NCBI GenBank assembly: GCA_018241265.1
Contig: JAFEEF010000069.1
Span: 33,004-97,003 of the forward strand
DNA: 64,000 bases
Origin: Pseudomonadota bacterium
GTDB lineage: Bacteria > Pseudomonadota > Gammaproteobacteria > Burkholderiales > Burkholderiaceae_C
Direction of reading: 5' to 3'
Below are positions 1 to 8,944 of the stretch, in pieces (the first letter of the stretch is position 1; the number at the start of each line of letters is the position of its first letter). The position numbers were made by a program, and so were the translations under genes. Under the pieces are notes generated by a model, which was given only the letters and a program-made list of their open reading frames with translations, ran no database searches and was not told where the DNA came from.

Positions 1-29
1 ACCTGAACGAGAACTACGCGCGCGAGCTG

Positions 30-845
30 ATGGAGCTGCACACGCTCGGCGTCGACGGCGGCTATGCGCAGCAGGACGTGCAGGAGCTCGCCCGCGTGCT
101 CACCGGCCTCGGCCTCGAGCTCGGCGACGCGGCACCGGGGCGGCGCGCCGTCGCCGTCGGCAATGCCGGCGTCGTGTTCCGGCCGGCGCGCCACGACATG
201 GGCACCAAGCACGTGCTCGGCGTCGCGATCGAAGGACGCGGCTGGGACGAGATCGAAGCGCAGTTGCTGCGCCTGGCCCGCCATCCGGCGACCGCGCGGC
301 ATGTGAGCCGGCGGCTCGCGACCTGGTTCGTCGCCGACGAGCCGCCGGCCGCGCTGGCCGAGCGCATGCAGCACGCCTACACGGCGAGCGACGGCGACAT
401 CGCGGTCACGTTGCAGGCGATGTTCGATGCGCCGGAGTTCGCCGCATCGCTAGGCCGCAAGTTCAAGGACCCGATCCACTACGTCGTGTCGGCGGTGCGC
501 CTCGTCGGCGACGGCCAGGTGCTGACCGATGCGGCGCCGCTGGCCGGATGGCTCGATCGCCTCGGCGAAGGCCTCTACAACCGCGCGACGCCGGACGGCT
601 ATCCGCTAGCCGCGGCCGCCTGGTCGGGCTCGGGCCAGCTGAGCACACGCTTCGAGATCGCCCAGGCGATAGGCTCCGGCCGCGTCCCGGCGTTCGATGC
701 CCCGGCCGCCTGGCAGGACGGCGCGGCCGCTCGTGCGATCGCCGCCACGTTCGGGCCGCGCACCCGCGCCGCGCTCGAGGCCGCACGCACGCCGCAGGAG
801 CGCACCGCGCTGTTCCTGTCGGCACCCGAATTCATGGTGCGCTAG
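30..845 (+). CDS. DUF1800 family protein, C-terminal part (5' end lies outside the window)
   Basis: ORF runs in from the window edge. It is immediately followed (13 bp gap) by a DUF1501 gene, the conserved DUF1800/DUF1501 pair. High-GC3 codon bias on + strand. Confidence 0.55.
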   Translation: MELHTLGVDGGYAQQDVQELARVLTGLGLELGDAAPGRRAVAVGNAGVVFRPARHDMGTKHVLGVAIEGRGWDEIEAQLLRLARHPATARHVSRRLATWFVADEPPAALAERMQHAYTASDGDIAVTLQAMFDAPEFAASLGRKFKDPIHYVVSAVRLVGDGQVLTDAAPLAGWLDRLGEGLYNRATPDGYPLAAAAWSGSGQLSTRFEIAQAIGSGRVPAFDAPAAWQDGAAARAIAATFGPRTRAALEAARTPQERTALFLSAPEFMVR

Positions 846-858
846 AGGAGCCGCGACG

Positions 859-2067
859 ATGCTGCGCCGACACTTCCTCCAGGCCGCGACGGCGCTGCCG
901 CTCGCCGCGCACGGCGTGCGCCTGTACGCCGCCACACCGGGCACGCCGCGGCTGCTCGTCGTCTTCCTGCGCGGCGCCTACGATGCGGCGAGCCTGCTGG
1001 TGCCGATCGCGAGCGACGACTATGTCGCGCTGCGCCCGAACATCGCGATCGCGCGGCCCGGCAGCGGCACCGGCGCGGCGCATGCGCTCACGCCCGACTG
1101 GGGCCTGGCGCCCGCGGTCGCCGAGACGATGCTGCCGCTCTACCGTCGCGGCGAGCTCGCGTTCGTGCCGTTCGCCGGCACCGACGACACGTCGCGCAGC
1201 CACTTCGAGACGCAGGACACGATCGAGCTCGGCGCGTCGGGCAGCGGCCGGCGCGACTACGGCTCGGGCTTCATGAACCGGCTCGCGCAAGTGCTGGTCG
1301 CGCGCGACGCGATCGCCTTCACCGACCCGTTGCCGCTCGCGTTCCGCGGGCCGCTGCGCGTGCCCAACGTCGCGCTCGCGCGGCCGGCACGCGGCGGCGT
1401 CGATGCACACGCCTCGGCGCTGATCGCCGGCATGTACGACGGCACGCCGCTCGCCGACAGCGTGCGCGAAGGCTTCGCGATCCACGACGAGGCGATGCGC
1501 GAGATCGCCGCCGACGCACCCGCCGGCCTGGCGCGCGAGATGATGGCCGCGAGCCGCCAGGCGATCGCGCCGCGCGGCTTCGAGGCCGAAGCGCGGCGCA
1601 TCGCGCACCTGATGCGCGAGGGCCATCACCTCGGCTTCGTCGACGTGGGCGGCTGGGACACCCACGTGCGCCAGGGCGGCGCCGACGGCTACCTGGCGAC
1701 GCGCCTCGCCGAGCTCGGCCGCGGCCTCGCGGCGTATGCCGACGAGCTCGGGCCGGCGTGGCGGGACAGCACCGTCGTCGTCCTCAGCGAGTTCGGCCGC
1801 ACCTTCCGCGAGAACGGCAACCGCGGCACCGACCATGGCCACGGCTCGGTCTACTGGGTGCTCGGCGGCGGCCTGCGCGGCGGGCGCATCGTGGGCGAGC
1901 AGGTGCGGGTCGGCACGGCCACGCTGTTCCAGCAGCGCGACTATCCGGTGCTGAACGACTACCGCGCGCTGCTCGGCGGGCTGTTCGCGCGGCTCTACGG
2001 CCTCACGCCGGCGCACTCGCAACAGGTGTTCGCAAGCGTCGCACCGCGCGATCTCGGGCTCGTCTGA
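859..2067 (+). CDS. DUF1501 domain protein (Tat-signal, sulfatase-like fold)
   Basis: ATG at 859 gives MLRRHFLQAATALPLAAHG, a twin-arginine-like signal. Remainder matches DUF1501 (GTDHGHG motif). The longer track ORF 697..2067 has an implausible Arg/Pro-rich N-extension. Confidence 0.75.
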   Translation: MLRRHFLQAATALPLAAHGVRLYAATPGTPRLLVVFLRGAYDAASLLVPIASDDYVALRPNIAIARPGSGTGAAHALTPDWGLAPAVAETMLPLYRRGELAFVPFAGTDDTSRSHFETQDTIELGASGSGRRDYGSGFMNRLAQVLVARDAIAFTDPLPLAFRGPLRVPNVALARPARGGVDAHASALIAGMYDGTPLADSVREGFAIHDEAMREIAADAPAGLAREMMAASRQAIAPRGFEAEARRIAHLMREGHHLGFVDVGGWDTHVRQGGADGYLATRLAELGRGLAAYADELGPAWRDSTVVVLSEFGRTFRENGNRGTDHGHGSVYWVLGGGLRGGRIVGEQVRVGTATLFQQRDYPVLNDYRALLGGLFARLYGLTPAHSQQVFASVAPRDLGLV

Positions 2068-2124
2068 ACGTCGTCACTCGAGAGACCAACCCAAGGCGAG
2101 CCGCTTGCCCGCCGCTCCGCCAAC

Positions 2125-2769
2125 TCAACGCACGGCGACGTCGCGGTGCAGCTCCAGCTCGAGCATCTCGAGATCCACTGCGACCTCGGGCGGCGCCGAA
2201 CGCCAGCGCGAGTACGCATAGAACGCACGCGCGATGTCGATCGCATCGCGCGTCGGCATGCGCGGTTCGTGCTCGCGCAGCCGGGTGAAGCAACGGTGCA
2301 CCCAGTCGCGCCGCGTCGCCGGCTCGGCGGGCTGCGAGGCATGCCAGCCGGACGGCGTGCGGTCGGGCTGCATGTCGTCGGGTGCGCGCGACTCCGCGAC
2401 GGCCCAATGGACGGCCGCGAGCTCTTCGGTGAGCCGCGCGATGCGGCCCGACTGGGCCGCATCGCCGAGGCATTCGGCATGCGCGGCAGCCAGTTCGCGC
2501 AGCAGCCGCGCGTACTTGCCGGTCAGGCTCTCGAAGGTCGCGGTCTCGCTCGCCGTCGTCCCGGCCGGCGACGGCCGCGCTGCGGACGGCACGCGCCCCT
2601 GGCCGGCCGCGGCCACGCGCCTCGACCAATGGATCCATGCGAGGCGCGCCAGGAAGATCGCCAGCACGCTGAGCACGACGCCGAGCCGGACGTCGTCCGG
2701 CCAGGTGAGCGCCGCGCCGATGCCGACGATCGCCGCCGCCAGCGACACGAGGACCCACTTCAATGCGAC
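2125..2769 (-). CDS. hypothetical membrane-anchored protein
   Basis: Minus-strand ORF. Likely GTG start giving VALKWVLVSLAAAIVGIGAAL (N-terminal TM helix). No recognisable family. Confidence 0.35.
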   Translation of the reverse strand, partial: VALKWVLVSLAAAIVGIGAALTWPDDVRLGVVLSVLAIFLARLAWIHWSRRVAAAGQGRVPSAARPSPAGTTASETATFESLTGKYARLLRELAAAHAECLGDAAQSGRIARLTEELAAVHWAVAESRAPDDMQPDRTPSGWHASQPAEPATRRDWVHRCFTRLREHEPRMPTRDAIDIARAFYAYSRWRSAPPEVAVDLEMLELELHRDVAVR

Positions 2770-2974
2770 CACCCCTGCACGCTCGCCATGACGACAGCCT
2801 ACCGCGCCGCCGTGCCGTCGTGCATGGCCGCACGACCGGCGGTCGTCCGGCGGCGACGAAGGTCGCATCGCCGCAGACGGGTTGCCACAAGGCTGGTTGC
2901 CATATTGCGACGCCGACACAATTCTTCGCGATGCACGGGACTAGCATTCGCGGCACCATCGTTGGGAGCGGCAC

Positions 2975-3479
2975 CATGACGAGATCGAGGCATCCGCTGA
3001 CGTTCCTGTTCGTGGCCGTGGGCGCGACGGCGTTCGTGGCGCTCACGGGAATGACGTTGCCGGATCCGGTGGCGGCGCACTTCTCGGTGACGGGCGCGGC
3101 CGACGGCTTCATGTCGCGGCACATCTACGTCGGGCTCCTGATCGCGCTGGTCGTCGGCTTGCCTGCCCTGCTCGTCGCCGCGACCTGCGCCGCAATGGGC
3201 GGCCCGCAGCGCCGCATCGACCTGCCCGACCCCGGTTACTGGCTGGCGCCCGAGCGCCGCGCCTCGACGCTCTCGAAGCTGCATGCCGGCGTGCTGCGCT
3301 TCGGTGCGCTGCTGATGGTGTTCCTGTGCTATGTGCACTGGCTCGTCGTGCGCGCCAATGCATCGGTGCCGGTGCGGCTCGCCCCGACCTGGCTGTTTGC
3401 CGGCCTGGTCGTCTTCCTGATCGTGACCGTCGTGCAGATCGCGCTGTTGCTGGGCCGCTTTCGGCACCACGGAACCTGA
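2975..3479 (+). CDS. hypothetical integral membrane protein (4 predicted TM segments)
   Basis: ATG at 2975 (MTRSRHPLTFLFVAVGATAFVAL) is preceded by a GGAG-like site. Hydrophobic segments run throughout. The upstream part of track ORF 2763..3479 looks non-coding. Confidence 0.4.
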
Positions 3480-3485
3480 CGGTGC

Positions 3486-5456
3486 TCACGGCGCATACAT
3501 CGTCGCGGCGACGTGCCGCCCGCCGAGCGTCCCGCTGACGGTCGCCGTCGCGAGCGGCACGCGGTCGTCCCACTCGGCATGCAGCGTGCCGTCGGGCAGC
3601 ACGAGGTCGGCTTCGATGTGGTGCGTCGCGGCAACCCGGCGCATCGTGCCGCTGATCGGCAGGTCGGCGGTCCACTTCAGGCGCTTCAGCGCGAACTGCG
3701 TCGCGCCATCCAGCGGCCGATAGTCGAAGCGGCCACCGCGCAGCCCGACGCCGTGATAGGTCGTCGTGATCCACCAGCGCGCCAGCGCATCGCCGGCGGT
3801 CAGCACGGCGGCCGCGGCCTCGCGCAGGTCGTGCGGCGTGCCCTGGTTGCCGGGCCGGGCCTCGGCCGGCGCGAGCTGCGCGGTCCGCGTCGCAAAGCGC
3901 GGCACCAGCCGGACCTCGGCGATCCGCGCCGCGCACGAGGTATCGCCGGGCGACAGCGACGTGACGAAGCGGCGCACGATCGCCGCGGCGCAGTCGTCCT
4001 CGTCGCCGATCGCGGTGACGTGAAAGCTGTTCGCGACGATGACCTGATGCGCATCCGGAAACAGCGCGGTGGCCTGGGCGCCCTGCGCCGGCGGCGTCAG
4101 CGAATCGAGGTCGCCCGACAGCACCAGCACCGGCAGCGCCGGGAAGGCCGCGTCGGGCGGCACCGGTTGCCCGGGCGGGTGCGCATCGGCCGGCGCCGGC
4201 CAGGCGACGCAGAGGTCGACGACGCTGTAGTCCTGCGGCACCGCGAGGTATTCGTCGATCGAGAACGGCGCATAGACCATCGGTTCGGCCTGCTTCTTCG
4301 CCGCGACCGCCGCCTGCGCCGACCGCCAGCGCCGCGCCGGCGGCTCGTGCATGTCGTAGACCTGCGGATAGTCGCTGCAGCTCACCGCGGCGAACAGGCC
4401 GGCGCTGAATACCGCGGGCTCGGGCGCGCCGTTGGCGCTGTAGGCCGACGTGCGGTTCTCGGCGACCAGCCGCAGCAACGGCGCCTGGTCGCCTGCCAGC
4501 CAGGCGCGCGCGGCCGCATCGAGATCGCGGTAGACGACCGGTCCCGACGCATTCGACGTCATCAGGTAGGCGAGCGCCGGCGCATCGGCGGTCACCTGCA
4601 GCAGCCGGCCGTCGCCGTCCATCGCGGCGCCATGCACCGGCGCGCTGCGCAGCGCGGCGAGCAAGGCGCCGATGCGGTCCATCGACAGCCCCGGCTGCGT
4701 ACCGCAGGCCGGCGACCGCATGCAGGCCTGGTTGAAGGCGGTGTTGGCCTGCGCCGCGATCTCCGGGTACCACGGATCGGCACCGCGGACCGGATAGGCG
4801 CCGTCGAGCACCAGCGAGCGCAGCAGCGACGGATGGCGTACCGCGAAGGCCTGGGCGAAGTAGCTGCCGTACGAGTCGCCGTACAGGTCGACCGGCCCGA
4901 GCTGCAAGGCCTCGATCACGGCCGCCAGGTCGTCGCTGGCCGCGCCGGTGCCGTACAGGTCGGATCGCACGCCGAGCTGCGTGCCGCAGGCACCCACCGT
5001 CGCGTTGCGGTACTGCGGATCGCGCTGCAGCAGCGGGCAGTCGATCGCGGCCGACCGGCCGGTGCCGCGGTTGTCGACGAGCAGCAGGCTGCGGTCGCCC
5101 ATCAGCGCCGCGTAGAGCCGCAGGTAGCCCGCGCGCGAGCCGGTGGTCGGATAACCCGGGCCGCCTTCGGTCGCGACCAGGTGGCCGGCGCTGGGCGCCT
5201 GCGGATCGCGCTGCGGATGGAATTCGAAGTGGATGGGGATCGTGCCCGGCACGTCGTGCGCATCGTCGAGCGGCCGCGGCAAGTCGCCGCAATAGGCGTC
5301 GCCGCAGCGCGCGAGGGTCAGCGTGCCCACGACGAGGTGGTCGGGCATGGGGGCCGCATCGGCCGCGGGCGGGAACGCAGGTGCCGCATGGGCGACCGCA
5401 CATCCGATCCACGCGATGGTCAGCAGCCAGCGCAGCAGCAATCGACAGGCACGCAT
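3486..5456 (-). CDS. secreted alpha/beta-hydrolase (tripeptidyl-aminopeptidase/TAP-like family)
   Basis: Signal peptide MRACRLLLRWLLTIAWIGCAVAHA at internal ATG (5456). Catalytic GDSYGS nucleophile-elbow motif. Long C-terminal TAP-like region. The ORF upstream of 5456 is Arg-rich junk. Confidence 0.7.
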   Translation of the reverse strand: MRACRLLLRWLLTIAWIGCAVAHAAPAFPPAADAAPMPDHLVVGTLTLARCGDAYCGDLPRPLDDAHDVPGTIPIHFEFHPQRDPQAPSAGHLVATEGGPGYPTTGSRAGYLRLYAALMGDRSLLLVDNRGTGRSAAIDCPLLQRDPQYRNATVGACGTQLGVRSDLYGTGAASDDLAAVIEALQLGPVDLYGDSYGSYFAQAFAVRHPSLLRSLVLDGAYPVRGADPWYPEIAAQANTAFNQACMRSPACGTQPGLSMDRIGALLAALRSAPVHGAAMDGDGRLLQVTADAPALAYLMTSNASGPVVYRDLDAAARAWLAGDQAPLLRLVAENRTSAYSANGAPEPAVFSAGLFAAVSCSDYPQVYDMHEPPARRWRSAQAAVAAKKQAEPMVYAPFSIDEYLAVPQDYSVVDLCVAWPAPADAHPPGQPVPPDAAFPALPVLVLSGDLDSLTPPAQGAQATALFPDAHQVIVANSFHVTAIGDEDDCAAAIVRRFVTSLSPGDTSCAARIAEVRLVPRFATRTAQLAPAEARPGNQGTPHDLREAAAAVLTAGDALARWWITTTYHGVGLRGGRFDYRPLDGATQFALKRLKWTADLPISGTMRRVAATHHIEADLVLPDGTLHAEWDDRVPLATATVSGTLGGRHVAATMYAP

Positions 5457-5497
5457 GGCCCGCGATCCTAGTCCTAGTGCAGTGCAGCGCCGCCGCG

Positions 5498-5917
5498 CTA
5501 CGTCGCGCGCATGCGGTTGCCCTTCGGCCGATGCTCCAGTTCGCACAGGCCGAGCGCCTCCATCAGCGGCGGCACGTAGACCGCGAAGCGACCGCGCAGG
5601 CCCTTCTTCAGCCCGTACCAGCCGCCGACCGGATTGGCCGGCGAGCGCGCCCAGGCCTCGACCGTGCCGTCCTTCACCGGCTTGCCTTCGTCGGCACCGC
5701 CGAGCTCGACCCAGTCGCCCGCGGCGCGCAGCATCGCATGCAGGTCGGCGATGCAGCGGGCGTCGTAGTGCAGCACGGTCTGGCCGACGGTACAGACGAG
5801 GATCGCGCGGCCGTCCTTCTCGTCCGCATGCATCGTGTACTCGGACGTGCCGGGCGGCGTCGCGAGCCGCCACGGATCGTCCTTGCCGCGCATCGTCAAG
5901 CGCAGTGCGTCAGCCAT
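5498..5917 (-). CDS. hypothetical protein
   Basis: 139-aa ORF with coding-like composition. No family recognised. Confidence 0.35.
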   Translation of the reverse strand: MADALRLTMRGKDDPWRLATPPGTSEYTMHADEKDGRAILVCTVGQTVLHYDARCIADLHAMLRAAGDWVELGGADEGKPVKDGTVEAWARSPANPVGGWYGLKKGLRGRFAVYVPPLMEALGLCELEHRPKGNRMRAT

Positions 5918-6320
5918 GGTGCTTCAACAGGGCGATCGCGTCGACGATGAAGGCCGCCCACGCGATGGTGAACAGCACGGTGCGCGCCTTGAACAGGCCG
6001 ATGCCGCTGAGATGCACCACGGCATGGGCGAGCCGCGCATAGAAGTAGACCATCGCGCAGGCGGCCGTCGTCGGGCTCGAGAACCCGATCGCATGCGCGA
6101 TCAGCACGACGGCGGCGAACGGTGCGAAGTTCTCGACCGCGTTCAGGTGCGCGCGGTTCGCACGATTCACCCAGGCCGGCAGCGGCGCGGTCGGCGCGAC
6201 CTTGTAGGTCTCGTCGGTCAGCACGCCGCGCGACGTGACGTAGCCGATCACGACCGGGATCCACAGCGCGCCGGTGAGGATCGCGGTGAGCAGCAGGTAG
6301 CCGAGCTCGGTGGTCATCAT
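5910..6320 (-). CDS. MAPEG family membrane protein (glutathione-S-transferase-like)
   Basis: Start MMTTELGYLLLTAILTGALW at 6320. Three to four TM helices. Conserved R-x-x-x-N-x-x-E and YFYAR motifs typical of MAPEG. Confidence 0.6.
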   Translation of the reverse strand: MMTTELGYLLLTAILTGALWIPVVIGYVTSRGVLTDETYKVAPTAPLPAWVNRANRAHLNAVENFAPFAAVVLIAHAIGFSSPTTAACAMVYFYARLAHAVVHLSGIGLFKARTVLFTIAWAAFIVDAIALLKHHG

Positions 6321-7339
6321 GGTCTGTCCGCCTCCTGCGGTTGCAACTCGATGGCGTGGTCCTGCCCGATATAGGGCACGTAGCGATAGTCGCGGATCGC
6401 GGCGAGCCGGCCACTGCGCCAGGTCAGCGCGATGAAGTAGGCCGGCTGCGCGGCGTCCGGAGCGTCGTAGACCGCCAGCACGCCGCGGCCATCGACCCAG
6501 GCCGGCGCGACGCGCCAGCCGGCGGTGCGGTCGTAGTTGCCGTAGTAGGTCGCGACCTCGCGTCGGCCGGCGGCCTTGCGCCGCGAGACGAGGTCGAGGC
6601 GGACATCGTCGGCGAGCAGCGCGCGGATGCCGTCCCAGTCGCGGGCGCCGAAGAGCGCCGCATAGCGCCCGAGCTCCGGCGAGACGCGGCGTGGCGGCGC
6701 CGCCGCGGTCGCGGTCGTCGTGGCGGCCGCCAGTTGCTGCAAGGCAGCGCGGCCGCGGTGCAACGCCGCCTTCACCGATTGCTCGCTCAGCGAGAGTTCC
6801 TCGGCGATCTCGACGAGCGTGTGGTCGAGCACGTCCTTCAGGATCACGCAGCCGCGCTGCGCCGGCGCGAGCGCAAGGAAGTGCACGAGCGCGGCCTGCA
6901 CGGCCTGGTCGCGTGCGAGGCGGTTCTCGGGTTCGTCGGCCGCATCGGCAGGCAGGTCGCGGGCAGCCTCGATGTCCTCGGCCGCGCGGTAGGTCTCGCG
7001 GCGCCACTGGTCGATCGCGCGGTTGTGGGCGATGCGGAACAGCCAGGGGCGCAACGGCGGCAATTCGGTCATCTGCGACAGCTCGTAGCAGGCGCGCGCC
7101 AGCGTGTCCTGCACGACGTCCTCGCCGTCGGCCACCGATCCGGTCATGCGCGTGCAGTAGCGATGCAGCTCGGGCCGCACGTGATCGACGAGGGCGAGGA
7201 ACTGTCGCCGCCCCTGCTCGAGCAGCCCGACGATGTCGCCGCCCGGCTCAGGGGCTGGGAGCGCCCCCTGACTCGCGAGACCGGAACGCCCCTGAGCCGA
7301 GTCGCCTGCGCTGCGCAATTTCATAGGCGACTTCGTCAT
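6317..7339 (-). CDS. ECF-type RNA polymerase sigma-70 factor with C-terminal SnoaL-like domain (SigJ-like)
   Basis: Sigma-2 region DGEDVVQDTLARA and sigma-4 HTH LSLSEQSVKAALHRGRAALQ. Long C-terminal extension (SnoaL/NTF2-like). True start is ambiguous (ATG 7339 or 7324) because the 5' end overlaps a repeat element. Confidence 0.7.
   Translation of the reverse strand: MTKSPMKLRSAGDSAQGRSGLASQGALPAPEPGGDIVGLLEQGRRQFLALVDHVRPELHRYCTRMTGSVADGEDVVQDTLARACYELSQMTELPPLRPWLFRIAHNRAIDQWRRETYRAAEDIEAARDLPADAADEPENRLARDQAVQAALVHFLALAPAQRGCVILKDVLDHTLVEIAEELSLSEQSVKAALHRGRAALQQLAAATTTATAAAPPRRVSPELGRYAALFGARDWDGIRALLADDVRLDLVSRRKAAGRREVATYYGNYDRTAGWRVAPAWVDGRGVLAVYDAPDAAQPAYFIALTWRSGRLAAIRDYRYVPYIGQDHAIELQPQEADRP
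7245..7298 (-). promoter_or_regulatory. stem-loop (10-bp stem GGCTCAGGGG/CCCCTGAGCC, 34-nt loop) whose distal arm is the start of repeat copy 1
   Basis: Perfect inverted repeat read directly from the sequence. An analogous 8-bp stem (CTCAGGGG/CCCCTGAG) is at 63858..63906 for copy 2. Confidence 0.4.
7289..7329 (-). repeat. 41-nt repeat element copy 1 (5' end of ECF sigma gene)
   Basis: cccctgagccgagtcgcctgcgctgcgcaatttcataggcg matches 63899..63939 at 40/41 nt. Followed by a 15-nt tandem duplication (cataggcgacttcg x2). Confidence 0.7.
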
Positions 7340-7360
7340 AGGCGACTTCGCTTCGGCGAC

Positions 7361-7667
7361 TCACCGGCCGAAGAAGCCATACGACCCGATCTCCGTCAGC
7401 TCGACCCGCACCGGGCCTTCGGCGCAGCGGTCCTTGACCTCGGCCGTGAAGGCCTTGAAGGCCGGCAGCGCGGTCAGCGCGTTGCCGCCGCCGGGCTCGT
7501 CGTGCGAGACGATGTGCATGAAGGTCAGGCCGTCGGCGAGCCTGAAGGTCGCGTAGTACAGCCCGGGCGGGCGCGCCTCGCGGAGCTCGTCGTAGACGGC
7601 GGTGGCGAGGCGCTCGTTCTCGGCAACCCGATCGGGCTTGAGCGTGTAGCGGACCATGTGCTTCATC
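7361..7667 (-). CDS. hypothetical small protein (ABM/Dabb-like fold suspected)
   Basis: Internal ATG (MKHMVRYTLKP) at 7667. About 101 aa. Composition consistent with minus-strand coding. Confidence 0.4.
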
Positions 7668-7763
7668 GCGTATCTCCGTGGCGTGATGCTGCGAAGACGA
7701 ACGAGCGGCACGAAAGGATGCGGTCCGCCGCTGCGCCCGGGGCGTCGCCTCGTCGTCGCCTCG

Positions 7764-8819
7764 TCAGTCGGCCGAGCGCACCGCCTCGATGACCGACGAC
7801 GGCACCGCGGTCGGGACGATACGCGCCACCGTCAGCCCGGCCGCGTCGAGCAGTTGTCGGTACTCGGCCTCGGTGCGCTCGCGCCCGCCCAGCATCACCA
7901 TCATCGTGATGTCCACGTCCTTGCCGGCGAACGGCGCGTTGCCCGGCGGGATGATGCGCTCGACGACGAGCAGCCGTGCCCCCTCCCGCATCGCCTCGCG
8001 CACCTGGCGCAGGATCGCGACCGCCTGCGCGTCGTCCCAGTCGTGCAGGATGTCCTTCAGCAGGTAGACGTCGGCGCCGGCCGGCACCGATGCGAAGAAG
8101 TCGCCCGCGACGAGGTCACAGCGCTCGGCGATGCCGAGCCGCGCCAGCGCGGCCGGTGCACCGGCGATCACCGACGGCTGGTCGAACAGCAGCGCGCGCG
8201 CCGCCGGCCGGCGGCGCAGGATCGCGGCGGCGAGCGTGCCGTGGCCGCCGCCGATGTCGGCGAGCAGCCGCAGGCCGCCGAGGTCGGCCGCCGCGGCGAC
8301 GGCCTCGGCTTCGGCGGCGGTCATCGCGCTCATGTTGTCGTTGAACACCCGGGCCGCATCGGGATGCCGGCCGAGGTAGTCGAAGAGCGGCATGCCGCAG
8401 GCCTGCTCGAAGCCATTGCCGCCGGTGCGCACGCAGTGCAGAAGCTCGCCATAGGCGCCCCACCACCACGGCTCGCCGTAGGTCAGGGCCTGCGGGCGCA
8501 GGCTTCCCGGCGCATCCGATCGCAGCGTGTCGGCGAGCGCGGTCGTCTCGAAGCGGCCGTCGTCGCGCTCGGCGAAGACGCCGATCGGCGCGAGCGCCCG
8601 CAGCAAGCGGAACAGCGCGACGGCATCGCAGCCGGCGGCTCGCGCCAGCGCATCGACCGCCATTGGGCCGCCGGCCAGCGCATCGGCGAGGCCGAGCCTG
8701 GCGGCCACATGGAGCATCTGCGTGACGCGGTAGCCGGCGAGCAGGCCGCCCATGCGCTGCGTGGCCTCGTGCGTGGCCTCCTGCGTGGCTTGCGCGCGCC
8801 CCGTCATCGCCTCGGTCAT
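7764..8819 (-). CDS. class I SAM-dependent O-methyltransferase (COMT/CrtF-like)
   Basis: N-terminal dimerisation-type region plus SAM-binding motif LADIGGGHGTLAAAIL and the LLKDILHDWDD acceptor motif. Start at MTEAMTGRAQ (8819). Confidence 0.75.
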   Translation of the reverse strand: MTEAMTGRAQATQEATHEATQRMGGLLAGYRVTQMLHVAARLGLADALAGGPMAVDALARAAGCDAVALFRLLRALAPIGVFAERDDGRFETTALADTLRSDAPGSLRPQALTYGEPWWWGAYGELLHCVRTGGNGFEQACGMPLFDYLGRHPDAARVFNDNMSAMTAAEAEAVAAAADLGGLRLLADIGGGHGTLAAAILRRRPAARALLFDQPSVIAGAPAALARLGIAERCDLVAGDFFASVPAGADVYLLKDILHDWDDAQAVAILRQVREAMREGARLLVVERIIPPGNAPFAGKDVDITMMVMLGGRERTEAEYRQLLDAAGLTVARIVPTAVPSSVIEAVRSAD

Positions 8820-8944
8820 GCCCGCTCCTGCCGCTGCCGCCCCACGTGCCACTATGCCCGCGCCCTCGGGCGAGCGCCAGCTTCGCCGGCAAACTTGGCT
8901 ATGCTCCGGCGCGGCGATGGAACGCCGATCCGCGCACCGACACC

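Noticed and set aside
3109-5471. Two very long ORFs (767 aa on the minus strand, 652 aa on the plus strand) overlapping the alpha/beta-hydrolase gene
   Set aside because: Both are Arg/Ala/Gly/Pro-rich alternative-frame or antisense readings typical of 70% GC DNA. The hydrolase frame has real motifs (GDSYGS, signal peptide).
7351-7373. Hairpin CTTCGGC-N9-GCCGAAG at the 3' end of the 7361..7667 gene as a possible intrinsic terminator
   Set aside because: It overlaps the last codons and stop. It is not followed by a U-tract on the transcribed strand. It may still be a weak structure, but it is not callable as a terminator.
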